Positions 42,498 to 52,125 are shown, counted from the stretch's first letter. The stretch is DNA of 64,000 bases from Candidatus Poribacteria bacterium (GCA_965215015.1 OZ244042.1:5472001-5536000); one strand, 5' to 3'. Made by a program: numbers and translations. Notes: generated by a model not told the origin, from the letters alone.

Positions 42498-44324
42498 ATG
42501 TATCTCACCAAGCATTCCAGTATGAACCAGTCCAAAAATAAATTATATCTTCTTCTCGGGCTGCTTGCTATCTATCTGCTGTTGACAGTCGCGACTGTCT
42601 TTGGTCAAGATGCGACCGACACAGAGTACCGCCCCTTCCCGATGATCGGCAGCCGCAACGCCGCTTGGATCGCTGCCCAACTGCATCTATTGTTCGGGTC
42701 CTTCATCTTGGGTGTTCCGATGTTCGCAGTTGTTATTGAGTTTGTTGGGATGAAAACGAAGGACAAACGATATGATAAGATGGCACAGGAGTTCATCAAG
42801 CTGTGCATGGGAGCGTTCTCAACGACTGCCTTGATGGGTGGGGTGCTCGTTTTCATCCTCATCTGGTGCTACCCCAAAGTGATGAACAAAATGACAGGAA
42901 TCTTCGGGCCGACGATGATTTTCTACGTCTTCCTGTTCTTCGGAGAAACCTTTACCCTTTATCTCTATTCTTACGGGTGGGATCGGATGCAGGGCAAGGT
43001 GTCCAAAATGTGGCACCTGTTTCTCGGTGTGCTCCTAAATGTGTTCGGTACAGCGATTATGTTCGTCTCTAATGCTTGGCTGACATACCAAACCAGTCCA
43101 GCGATTATGGGGCCCAAACCCGAACACAAGGCGATTCCGCTTCATAATGAGGAGACCGGCGAATTTATCGGTACAATGTGGCAGGCAGTCAATAACTACA
43201 CATGGATGCCAGTCAACATCCACCGCCTCATTGGGAATATAGCTTTTGGCGGCGCAATCGTCGGTGCTTATGCCGCCTTCCGTTTCCTTGCTGCCAAAAC
43301 GCAGGAAGATAAGGCGCATTACGACTGGATAGGATATACGGGCAATTTTATCGCACTGTGTGGACTGATTCCGTTGCCATTCGCAGGATATTGGTTGGGA
43401 CGAGAAATCTATATGTTCAACCAGACGATGGGCATCAACATGATGGGCAGCCTCTTCTCATGGTTGTTCATCATTCAGGCGGTAATGATTGGAGTGCTGT
43501 TTATTGGTGCGAACTACTACCTCTGGTCTGGTATGACCCGCATCGCAGGCGGGGAGAGATACGCCCGTTTTCGTCCCTACATGATTGCTATCATTGTTCT
43601 ATCTGTCGCAATCTGGATGACGCCTCGCACATTGATTATGTCGCCCAAAGAGATGGCTGCAATAGGTGGACCGAATCATCCGCTTATTGGATTTTTCGGC
43701 TTGATGTCAGCGAAGAATACGGTTGTTAATCTCATTATCTTAACGACTTTCTTGAGTTTTCTGTTTTATCGTCGATCCGGTAAAACGCCGACAGTGAGTT
43801 GGAGTAAAGCAGGCAATATCATCATCGCAGCGATTTTTGGACTGGCTGTCGCAGCAATTGTCATCATCGGGATCGCTGGATTCAAGGTCGTTAGCGATTT
43901 TCGCATCAATGTTCTTACGCCGGTGCAGGTAATAATCGCGTTAGCAGTCATGATCCTGGTAACTGTGATTGATCTGATTATGTATCGGAAAGCGATGCGT
44001 TCAAGTGAAATCAACTGGGGGCAGATGACAGACCGGTCGCAATATGTGCTGATTCTACTCGCTATTACCTTTACTTCGCTGATGGGATTGATGGGTTACG
44101 CCCGGTCGGGACTTCGAGAAGCATGGCATATTTTCGGTGTAATGCCCGACACCTCTCCGGATGCGTATACCTCTCTGCTCGCGGATGCCGTTAACATGAT
44201 TGCTATTATTATAGTGATTTTCTTCGCTTTAGTGGGCTTTATTTTCTGGCTCGGTTTGTGGGGCGATAAGAAAAAAGAGGTACCCCCACCTGTTGAAGCC
44301 GAAGCCCCCGCAGGGGACGATTAA
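42498..44324 (+). CDS. cydA: Cytochrome bd oxidase subunit I-like (non-canonical CydA, Nitrospira-type bd-like)
   Basis: QLHLLF (His19-like), FFGETF, NAWL..P, NIHRL (His186-like), GYARSGLREAW at the GRQPW position; many TM helices; no cydB nearby. Confidence 0.82.
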   Translation: MYLTKHSSMNQSKNKLYLLLGLLAIYLLLTVATVFGQDATDTEYRPFPMIGSRNAAWIAAQLHLLFGSFILGVPMFAVVIEFVGMKTKDKRYDKMAQEFIKLCMGAFSTTALMGGVLVFILIWCYPKVMNKMTGIFGPTMIFYVFLFFGETFTLYLYSYGWDRMQGKVSKMWHLFLGVLLNVFGTAIMFVSNAWLTYQTSPAIMGPKPEHKAIPLHNEETGEFIGTMWQAVNNYTWMPVNIHRLIGNIAFGGAIVGAYAAFRFLAAKTQEDKAHYDWIGYTGNFIALCGLIPLPFAGYWLGREIYMFNQTMGINMMGSLFSWLFIIQAVMIGVLFIGANYYLWSGMTRIAGGERYARFRPYMIAIIVLSVAIWMTPRTLIMSPKEMAAIGGPNHPLIGFFGLMSAKNTVVNLIILTTFLSFLFYRRSGKTPTVSWSKAGNIIIAAIFGLAVAAIVIIGIAGFKVVSDFRINVLTPVQVIIALAVMILVTVIDLIMYRKAMRSSEINWGQMTDRSQYVLILLAITFTSLMGLMGYARSGLREAWHIFGVMPDTSPDAYTSLLADAVNMIAIIIVIFFALVGFIFWLGLWGDKKKEVPPPVEAEAPAGDD

Positions 44325-44351
44325 CAATCAAACGCAATTAGGACGAGAGCG

Positions 44352-45854
44352 ATGCAAAGAAAACTAATTAGAATTATTTGCCTAATTTTAATGAGTGTGA
44401 GTTTTATCGCCTACATCGCGAAAGCCCCGGCTTTCCCGATTGCTTCAGAAAACTTGCTGCCGTGGTCAACGTGGTTTTTTATCTTCGCTTTGGCGAATAT
44501 TATACTCTGGCAGAGTGTGGTAAAACTCCTGTCATTCTCGTTGATGGTCATCTGGTTCTATGCGTTTGCCGCCAGCATTATTCCAGAGACATCGACTGCA
44601 ACAGTTGACCTTGAGAACGTAGAGCGGACACCAGAAGCGTTTATTGAGGCCGGGGAGATAATCTTTAACGGGAAAGGGAAATGCAACACCTGTCACACGC
44701 TCGATACGTCTGCGCCACTGGGCCGTTGTCCCGATTTAACAGATGTCGGCACTCGCGCTGCGACACGCCAACCGGGGGTGACGGCGAAAGAGTATCTAAT
44801 TGAATCCACGTATGAACCACACAAATTCCTTGTCCCCGGCTACGGAAACATTATGCCGCCGGTCTGGAAACCCCCAATCAGTTTATCCGAGTTAGAAATC
44901 GAAACCGTTATCGCTTTCCTGCAAAGTCAGGGCGGCGAAGTGGATCTGACCCCATTTGAGCCCCCTATCGATATCGGAAGCGCGGAAGCGAGTGTGGAAG
45001 AACTGCCTCCCCTTCTCACCGGCGACCTTGAACGTGGTCAACGGGTTTTCGTCGAGGGCGCGAAGTGTATCGCCTGTCACGCTGTCGCTGGTATTGAGCA
45101 ACCTGCTGGTCAAACACTTGATGACGGTGTTGAAGTTGTCGCCGCCCCTGATTTGACGGAAATCGCCGCATTAAACAGTCTCCGTTATATTGAGGAGTCC
45201 ATCCTTGTCCCGAATGCCCAAATTGTGAGTGGATATGGTTCCGTCACGGTGAAAACCAGCGGTGCCACAATTCAGGGAACGCTTGGCACGCAAGATAATG
45301 AGAAGATCGTCGTGCGCGTTAAGGATGGAGCCGGTAATGAAGAAGAGCACACCATTCTATTGAGTGAACTCGATCCGGAACCGATTGAAGAACTAACAGA
45401 TTTAAAGGGAAAAGGATACTTCTGGATTCAAGTAACCCTTGCCGATACGGGAGCCACCGTAAGTGGAGACCTTGTAGAAGAAAACGATGAAAACATTACA
45501 CTTCAGATGGGTGGAGAACCCCAAACAGTTTCCAAGTCGAATGTGAAGGTTCAGGCGACGCTGATTGACTTTGATGAGAATGTTATTGTCGGGGAGTTGG
45601 TCTCGGAAAATGAGGACGAAATCACCTTAAAAGTTGAGGGCGAAGATCAGACTATCGATAAATTCGATATCGACGAGGGACCAACCTATAGCCGCGCTTT
45701 CGGCAAACGCCTTTATGTAACCTCCCCGATGCCGAATAACTTTCCGCTATTGCTATCGGTTTCAGACATGAGCGATCTACTCGCCTTTCTAGCAAGCTTA
45801 ACGGGTGCGACAGACGCAACAGTGGCTGAAGGAACAGAGGCAACCACTGAGTAA
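44352..45854 (+). CDS. Membrane-anchored diheme cytochrome c
   Basis: N-terminal TM helices; CNTCH...IMPP and CIACH...SPMP; acidic repeated insert. Confidence 0.88.
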   Translation: MQRKLIRIICLILMSVSFIAYIAKAPAFPIASENLLPWSTWFFIFALANIILWQSVVKLLSFSLMVIWFYAFAASIIPETSTATVDLENVERTPEAFIEAGEIIFNGKGKCNTCHTLDTSAPLGRCPDLTDVGTRAATRQPGVTAKEYLIESTYEPHKFLVPGYGNIMPPVWKPPISLSELEIETVIAFLQSQGGEVDLTPFEPPIDIGSAEASVEELPPLLTGDLERGQRVFVEGAKCIACHAVAGIEQPAGQTLDDGVEVVAAPDLTEIAALNSLRYIEESILVPNAQIVSGYGSVTVKTSGATIQGTLGTQDNEKIVVRVKDGAGNEEEHTILLSELDPEPIEELTDLKGKGYFWIQVTLADTGATVSGDLVEENDENITLQMGGEPQTVSKSNVKVQATLIDFDENVIVGELVSENEDEITLKVEGEDQTIDKFDIDEGPTYSRAFGKRLYVTSPMPNNFPLLLSVSDMSDLLAFLASLTGATDATVAEGTEATTE

Positions 45855-45870
45855 GGAGCGTTAAACCGCC

Positions 45871-46650
45871 ATGCAAAAATTATCTCTTTTCACAAAATGT
45901 CTAATCATATTTGTCGTGCTTTGGCTCTTCCTACGATTCTTCATCGGTGGTGCGTGGTCTGTGCCGTTGCCTGCCAGCGTAATTTCAATGTATCTGGGGC
46001 TTATTCTATTGGCGATTTTGGTTCACGTATCCGTCGAAGATGACAGGTTTCGAGAATTTCTGCGTCCCGTCAAAGAAACTTTGGCTGATGATAGTAGGAA
46101 GACAAGGCGGACCGTACTGTTCGTTCTTATTCCTTTGGTTATGCTCGGTTTTACCTTTTCTAAGGTATCTACCAAAGCAGATCCACCGGCCGCCTTGCGC
46201 ATTGCCCATCCGGCCCCACCCGATGAACTGACCTACCGCGACAAGGTTATCGGTCCCACTCAAGAGGTGGAAAACCCCTTCCGGCATCTTGAAAAAGATA
46301 ATAAAGAAGCCTTTAAAGCCCACGTGGATAATGGGCGTCGGGTCTATTATCAAAATTGCTTTTACTGCCACGGCGATGACCTTGATGGAGAAGGCCATTT
46401 CGCCCACGGCTTCAACCCGCCGCCTGCAAACTTTCAAGACCCTGGGATTATCCCAAACTTTCAAGAGTCTTTCTTCTTCTGGCGTATCAGTAAGGGGGGA
46501 CCCGGGCTGCCGCCATCTGCGACCCCGTGGGATTCTGCCATGCCGGTCTGGGAAGACTACTTGACAGCGGAGGAGATCTGGGACGTAATTCTCTTTCTAT
46601 CTGAGTACACGGGATATCGACCAAGGACATTTGGTGAAGCGGAGCACTAA
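45871..46650 (+). CDS. Membrane-anchored monoheme cytochrome c
   Basis: 3 TM helices, CFYCHG, SAMPVW. Confidence 0.88.
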   Translation: MQKLSLFTKCLIIFVVLWLFLRFFIGGAWSVPLPASVISMYLGLILLAILVHVSVEDDRFREFLRPVKETLADDSRKTRRTVLFVLIPLVMLGFTFSKVSTKADPPAALRIAHPAPPDELTYRDKVIGPTQEVENPFRHLEKDNKEAFKAHVDNGRRVYYQNCFYCHGDDLDGEGHFAHGFNPPPANFQDPGIIPNFQESFFFWRISKGGPGLPPSATPWDSAMPVWEDYLTAEEIWDVILFLSEYTGYRPRTFGEAEH

Positions 46651-46718
46651 GAGGTATGAGACAATCCCGAACCCCGAAAATTGATTGAGATACGGAATCT
46701 GGAGCAGAAGAAAAAAGA

Positions 46719-48449
46719 ATGAAAAAGCGATTTTACAAAAACATATTTCTGATTTTAATCACCGGTCCTATTCTACTGTTAGCGGTTTTTCCAATTATAG
46801 TTTTTGCCCAAGGTAAGCAAGCTCCCGCAGCCTCCGAAGCAGGAAAAGCACTGTATGACGATAAGTGTGCACATTGCCACGGTATAGAAGGGGCAGGCGA
46901 CGGGTCTGCAGCAGAAAACCTATTGCCAAGGCCGAGGGATTTCACGCGGGGGCTCTATAAAATCCGTTCAACGGAAAGTGGGCAATTGCCCACCGATCAA
47001 GATCTCTTTGACATCATATCAAACGGCATGCCGGGGTCTTCGATGCCCGCTTGGACAGATCTGACCGAGGCTGAACGCTGGCAGCTTGTTGCCCATATCA
47101 AAACATTCTACGATGGTTTTGAAGAGGCTTCACCACGGTTGATTGATGTGTCGAGGAAAGTACCGTATTCTGAAGAGAGTGTTGCGAAAGGGAAAGAATT
47201 TTACACCAATCTTGGGTGTGCTGATTGCCACGGGGTTATCGGCAGGGGCGATGGCACGTCCGCTCCAGATCTTACGGATGAGTGGGGCTTTCGCGCATGG
47301 CCCGCTAATCTATGGCAGCCATGGAATTTTCGAGGTGGTATGACAACTGAGGATATCTTCAAGCGATTCATTGGCGGCATCGCTGGATCGCCGATGCCCT
47401 CGTTCATCTCAAGTTTCCGGCTCGGTCTGACAGATGATGAATCGGCGCGTATGACTGAGTTAGAAGTCAAGATGGATGACGACGGCCTTTCAGCGGCGGA
47501 AGAGGAAGAATACGTAGGACTTGAAGAAAAGCTGTTTATGTTTGAAGATATCATGCTCAAGGTTGAAGAAGGTGAGAAACTCGGCCCTGACGAACAGACT
47601 AAACTCGATACAGCCTTGAAGCCGATTTTTGAGAAGAGTTGGCACCTCGCAAACTATGTAAAATCCTTAGGACCCGAGGATCGACCACAAGCGGCAGTTG
47701 GTGACAAAGTGCTACGTTCACAATATCGCGCCGGTGCATTGCCGGGCATGAACGATGAAGCGTGGAATGAAATTCAAAACGCTAGTTATTTTCCGCTGGT
47801 CGGTCAAATTGTTATTGACCCTCGACAATTCAATCCCTCAATCGATTCTGTAACGGCGAAGTCGTTCTATAATGATAGCGAAATCGCTTTTCTCTTTACA
47901 TGGGATGATCGGACGAAAACCCTTCCCCAGGTAGATGATGAAACCGGAGAAACGGTTGAAGATGCCTTAGCAATACAGTTTCCGGTGAAAATTTCTGAAG
48001 GTCCAACGGATCCGAAACCCTACTTTATTTGGGGCGATCGTCGTCCCGTCTATCTCTGGAGTTGGAGGGTTGCCGAACCGTCAACAGTTATAGAGATGAA
48101 TGCAAAGGGGATTGATAAAGCGACGGTCCAATCTACCCAAGGGCCAATACAGGCTGAAGGAGTTTACAGAGATGGACAATATCAACTATGGGTCAAAAGA
48201 TCGCTCACAACCGAGGATAGAAATGACGTTCAGTTTACACCGAGCGTATTCATACCCATCGCCTTTTCCGCATGGGATGGCGCAAATGGCGATATAAAAA
48301 CGAAGCGAGCGATTTCAACATGGTACACGTTCGTCCTCGATCCCGTTCCATCGAACAAGCGATTCGTCTATCCGCCACTGATTGCCCTAATCTCTGTCGG
48401 TCTCCTTTTCGGTTTGAGAAGTAGCGTCCAGAGACGACAAAATACATAA
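46719..48449 (+). CDS. Diheme cytochrome c fused to an EbdC/NxrC-like (DMSO reductase type II gamma, DOMON-like) domain with C-terminal TM
   Basis: CAHCH and CADCH; FTWDDRT, DALAIQFP, GQYQLWVKRSL, IAFSAWDG, ISTWY. Confidence 0.82.
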   Translation: MKKRFYKNIFLILITGPILLLAVFPIIVFAQGKQAPAASEAGKALYDDKCAHCHGIEGAGDGSAAENLLPRPRDFTRGLYKIRSTESGQLPTDQDLFDIISNGMPGSSMPAWTDLTEAERWQLVAHIKTFYDGFEEASPRLIDVSRKVPYSEESVAKGKEFYTNLGCADCHGVIGRGDGTSAPDLTDEWGFRAWPANLWQPWNFRGGMTTEDIFKRFIGGIAGSPMPSFISSFRLGLTDDESARMTELEVKMDDDGLSAAEEEEYVGLEEKLFMFEDIMLKVEEGEKLGPDEQTKLDTALKPIFEKSWHLANYVKSLGPEDRPQAAVGDKVLRSQYRAGALPGMNDEAWNEIQNASYFPLVGQIVIDPRQFNPSIDSVTAKSFYNDSEIAFLFTWDDRTKTLPQVDDETGETVEDALAIQFPVKISEGPTDPKPYFIWGDRRPVYLWSWRVAEPSTVIEMNAKGIDKATVQSTQGPIQAEGVYRDGQYQLWVKRSLTTEDRNDVQFTPSVFIPIAFSAWDGANGDIKTKRAISTWYTFVLDPVPSNKRFVYPPLIALISVGLLFGLRSSVQRRQNT

Positions 48450-48611
48450 GAATACCGTTTAGCTGCAACGAATGAGAGGTAAACCATAAACCAAAGAAAA
48501 TTTCTTTGATAGCAAAAAGGTTCAAATGTCCTGACTGTATTTGAAGCAGTCAAACATAGGTTCCTCTCACTTATAACCTGTTTCAACAATAATTTCAAAA
48601 GGAGTTCAATC

Positions 48612-49400
48612 ATGAAAACCAAAGTTGCTACAATCCTAACCCTGCTGATTACATCTGTTTATGCCACTATTGCCGCCGCTGCCGGTGGAGATGAAGCGGT
48701 CGAGTCGCTGGTTTTTCCGGCTTCCTATAAAGCGATGGCTGTTTCCAATGGGGGAACTATCAGTGGGATGGTAAAATTTGAGGGCACCGCCCCTGAGATG
48801 AAAAAACTGGAGATTACCAAAGACGCGCAAGTTTGTGATAAAACCCCCAAGTTCGATGAATCAGTTGTGCTTGGCGAAGGAAATGGTTTGCAAAACACCA
48901 TTATTTATCTGATGGACATCTCATCAGGGGCAGATTTTCCAAGCGATCCAAAGATTAAATATGAGATTGATCAGAAAGGCTGCCACTTTAAGCCGCATGT
49001 GCGCCTCCTTCCGGTTGGGAAACGACTGACCATGATCAATCCCGACAGAATTAACCATAACGTTCATATTTTTAGTTCCGTGAATCCTGCATTTAATAAA
49101 TCGCAGCCGGGAACGAGGCGAAAGATGAATGTTAAGGCGGTAAAGAAAGCCGAAGGGCCCGTGCCAGTTAAATGTGACGTGCACGGTTGGATGAAGAGTT
49201 GGATTGCGTATATCCCCCATCCGTATTTTGCGGTCAGCGACGAAAACGGGAAATACACGATTGAGAATGTTCCGCCGGGAACCTACAAGTTGGGGTATTG
49301 GCAAGAAGCCTGTGGCACAAATAAAGCCCAACCGGCCTCGGTTACTGTTGAGGCTGGAGGAACGGTTACCCAGGACTTTACACTCACACTCAACGAGTAA
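48612..49400 (+). CDS. Secreted cupredoxin-like / carboxypeptidase-regulatory-like domain protein (paralog 2)
   Basis: DQKGCHFKPHV, HNVH, CDVHGWM, GKYTIENVPPGTY. Confidence 0.75.
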   Translation: MKTKVATILTLLITSVYATIAAAAGGDEAVESLVFPASYKAMAVSNGGTISGMVKFEGTAPEMKKLEITKDAQVCDKTPKFDESVVLGEGNGLQNTIIYLMDISSGADFPSDPKIKYEIDQKGCHFKPHVRLLPVGKRLTMINPDRINHNVHIFSSVNPAFNKSQPGTRRKMNVKAVKKAEGPVPVKCDVHGWMKSWIAYIPHPYFAVSDENGKYTIENVPPGTYKLGYWQEACGTNKAQPASVTVEAGGTVTQDFTLTLNE

Positions 49401-49539
49401 ATGCTGGAAATCCCTACGCTGAGAGCCACCGAGTTTTTCGGAAAAACTTCGGTGTCTTAGCGTTTACGGTATAAACCTCCGAAGTGTGCAGTTGATCATT
49501 TCTATGATGCCTTTGCAGTATCCAATTATTCATAAGACT

Positions 49540-49670
49540 TAGGAGTTACGCACTTGAGTTTGTCGTAACACAATTCAACCCGCGTCACCATAGCCGATTT
49601 GGGATGAACTGTCGCCGCCCGATGCATCGGGGGTTGAGAGGCAGATTCACCGGCGATAAATCGACGAACT
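49540..49670. mobile_element. Partial MITE-like element
   Basis: Begins TAGGAGTTACGCA; contains CCCGATGCATCGGG and GGCGATAAATCG as in 42204-42365. Confidence 0.45.
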
Positions 49671-49884
49671 ACGAGATGCCTTTGAAGAAGCAGTTGAGGA
49701 TTACCTTCAAACCTGTGAAAAACTGAATTGCCCGCCTCAAAAGCCTTATTCTGGTAGTCTTATGTTACATATTCCACCAGAAGTTCATGCAGCGATTGCC
49801 ATGGCAGCGGAAGTCAGTGGAAAAAGTATTAATCAATGGGCGGCGGCTACATTCGTTGATGCGCTACAGACGAACCCACAATAA
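49666..49884 (+). pseudogene. hicB: HicB-family antitoxin remnant (5'-truncated)
   Basis: Hand translation ELRDAFEEAVEDYLQTCEKLNCPPQKPYSGSLMLHIPPEVHAAIAMAAEVSGKSINQW; no N-terminal start codon, no hicA. Confidence 0.75.
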
Positions 49885-49954
49885 CCAGCAATCGGAATAA
49901 AAGACGCCGAGAATTAGGGCTGTACGAGGAGGGTTTACAATCAAATCCTCTCCA

Positions 49955-50869
49955 ATGAAAATGCTTCTGGTTGAAGTGGAGAACCTTTCTTACGCTTACG
50001 CAGCTCGACGTGCACTTGCAGGTGTAACCTTTAGTATCTCGCAAGGGGAAGTCTTTGGATTTCTCGGCCCAAATGGCAGCGGTAAAACCACACTCTTTAA
50101 GATACTCTCTACCCTGATTCCGATTGATCAGGCTGCGGTCAATATTCTTGATTATGAGCTTGGCAGTGAATCACGGAGTATTAGACGATATCTGGGTGTG
50201 GTTTTTCAGCATCCAAGTTTGGATCAAAAACTCACAGTTACCGAAAATCTTCGACACCACGCCCATCTTTACGGCCTGTGGGGTAAAACGCTGAAGCAGC
50301 GAATCCAAGAAGTGCTCAACCAATTTGAACTGACAGATCGCACGCATGAGCAGGTGGAAACGCTCTCTGGAGGGCTACAAAGACGTGCGGAACTTGCAAA
50401 GGCGACCCTCCATCAGCCGAAACTTCTGTTATTGGACGAGCCGAGCACCGGACTCGATCCCGGAGCGCGCCGTAATTTCAGGGCATATTTGGCGGGCTTG
50501 CAAGAAACCACGGTTGTCTTGACAACCCACATTTTGGACGACGCAGAAGCGTGTGATCGTGTAGGGATTCTCAATGCGGGGGAGTTGGTTGCTATTGGAA
50601 CACCGGACGAATTGAAAGGTCGCGTTAGTGGAGATATTGTTATCGTTGATTCTCCCGCACCTGAACAACTCGCACCGAAAATAAACCAAAAGTTCGGGTA
50701 TACGGCCGCTTCGGTTGAGGGACGGTTACGCATCGAATGCCACAACGGGCATGAATTTGTTCGAGATGTAGTCGCTGCTTTCCCAACTGAGATTCGATCC
50801 GTGCGTGTCGGAAAGCCAACGTTGGAAGATGTTTTCATCAAACTCACGGGACGGCATTTTGTGGATTGA
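49955..50869 (+). CDS. ABC-2 type transporter ATP-binding protein
   Basis: GPNGSGKT, LSGG, LLLDEP, TTH, PTLEDVF. Confidence 0.93.
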   Translation: MKMLLVEVENLSYAYAARRALAGVTFSISQGEVFGFLGPNGSGKTTLFKILSTLIPIDQAAVNILDYELGSESRSIRRYLGVVFQHPSLDQKLTVTENLRHHAHLYGLWGKTLKQRIQEVLNQFELTDRTHEQVETLSGGLQRRAELAKATLHQPKLLLLDEPSTGLDPGARRNFRAYLAGLQETTVVLTTHILDDAEACDRVGILNAGELVAIGTPDELKGRVSGDIVIVDSPAPEQLAPKINQKFGYTAASVEGRLRIECHNGHEFVRDVVAAFPTEIRSVRVGKPTLEDVFIKLTGRHFVD

Positions 50870-50904
50870 GATAAGAAGGGGCGGAGAATCGCGTAACTTC
50901 CTAC

Positions 50905-51831
50905 ATGAAAACGTTGAACAACATTTCGATTCCACATCCTTTTCCATATCAGGGAAGTAAGCGGGGAATTGCTCAATATATTCTTCTGCGTTTCCCCAGT
51001 TCTGTGCGTTGTCTGATAGAACCGTTCTGTGGCTCTGGTGCGGTTTCCATTGCCGCTGCTGCACATCGACTCGCAAAACAGTTTTGGCTTAATGACTTAA
51101 ATCAACCCTTGATGGAGCTGTGGACAGAAATATTGGAGAGCCCCAACGAGTTGGACAGAGGGTATGAAAAGCTTTGGCATGAACAACATCCCAATAAAAA
51201 AGAATTCTTCTTCCAAATACGTGACGAATTCAACACAACGCATCAACCACATCACCTGCTTTATCTTCTGGCACGAATCGTAAAAGGTTCTGTAAGATAC
51301 AGTGCTGAAGGCAAATTTAATCAGAGTGCTGATAATCGGCGTTGGGGTATGCAGCCCACAACCATGCGACAACAAATTCTTGGTGTCTCTACTCTGCTCG
51401 CTGGAAAGACAATGCTTTCGGCGGTTGATTTTCGCACGGTTGTGGTAAAAGCCAACAAAGACGATTTAGTTTATATGGATCCGCCTTACCAAGGCATATC
51501 CTTTACGAGAGACCATAGGTACTACAATGGGCTTTCCTACGATGAATTTGTGGATACCCTTCAAATAATGAATGAGAAAGATGTTTCATATATTATTAGC
51601 TATGACGGACAAACCGGCGAGAAAACTCATGGGAAGTTACTTCCTCATAAACTCTCTCTAAAACACCTGAACATACATACCGGTAGATCCAGTCAAGCTA
51701 CTCTCTTAGGCTACAACCATGAAACTGTTGAATCTCTATATCTGTCTCCTACGTTGGTAGAACGTTTGAACAGCGAAGAACGTGAGCTCGAAAAAGAACC
51801 ACAAATTCAGCTAGAATTTGCCCGTGTATGA
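50905..51831 (+). CDS. DNA adenine methyltransferase (Dam/D12 class)
   Basis: PYQGSKR, EPFCGSGA, NDLN, YMDPPY. Confidence 0.92.
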   Translation: MKTLNNISIPHPFPYQGSKRGIAQYILLRFPSSVRCLIEPFCGSGAVSIAAAAHRLAKQFWLNDLNQPLMELWTEILESPNELDRGYEKLWHEQHPNKKEFFFQIRDEFNTTHQPHHLLYLLARIVKGSVRYSAEGKFNQSADNRRWGMQPTTMRQQILGVSTLLAGKTMLSAVDFRTVVVKANKDDLVYMDPPYQGISFTRDHRYYNGLSYDEFVDTLQIMNEKDVSYIISYDGQTGEKTHGKLLPHKLSLKHLNIHTGRSSQATLLGYNHETVESLYLSPTLVERLNSEERELEKEPQIQLEFARV

Positions 51832-51911
51832 CTAGCCAAAAATTTCCACCAGAATTTATAGAGTTGCTAAAGAGGGTTAAAGCGAAAGGACTCCGATATG
51901 GAAGCTTATAA
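51828..51911 (+). pseudogene. Probable N-terminal stub of the cognate restriction endonuclease
   Basis: ATGA overlap with methylase stop; MTSQKFPPEFIELLKRVKAK then stop after 27 codons. Confidence 0.35.
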
Positions 51912-52125
51912 AAATCTTAGCGGAGGTTCGGGAATCAAGGCTTATGAAATTGGGACAAATTTCATAAGAGTCCAGTTTTCTAGTGGCTCAGTTTACCTGT
52001 ACACGTATGAAAGTGCAGGTGCTCACGACATTGATCAGATGAAGGAATTAGCTAGCAAAGGCAAGGGACTAAACTCATTCATCAATACAACTGTTTACCA
52101 CGACTACGCTCGGAAAGAACGTTAG
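51898..52125 (+). CDS. KTSC-like small protein
   Basis: SGIKAYEIG...VQFSSGSVYLY...GKGLNSFIN; AAAGGA RBS. Confidence 0.7.
   Translation: MEAYKNLSGGSGIKAYEIGTNFIRVQFSSGSVYLYTYESAGAHDIDQMKELASKGKGLNSFINTTVYHDYARKER

Noticed and set aside
42498-48449. Nitrite or manganese oxidation capability
   Set aside because: No nxrAB, molybdoenzyme or porin-cytochrome conduit in the window; similarity is limited to the downstream module
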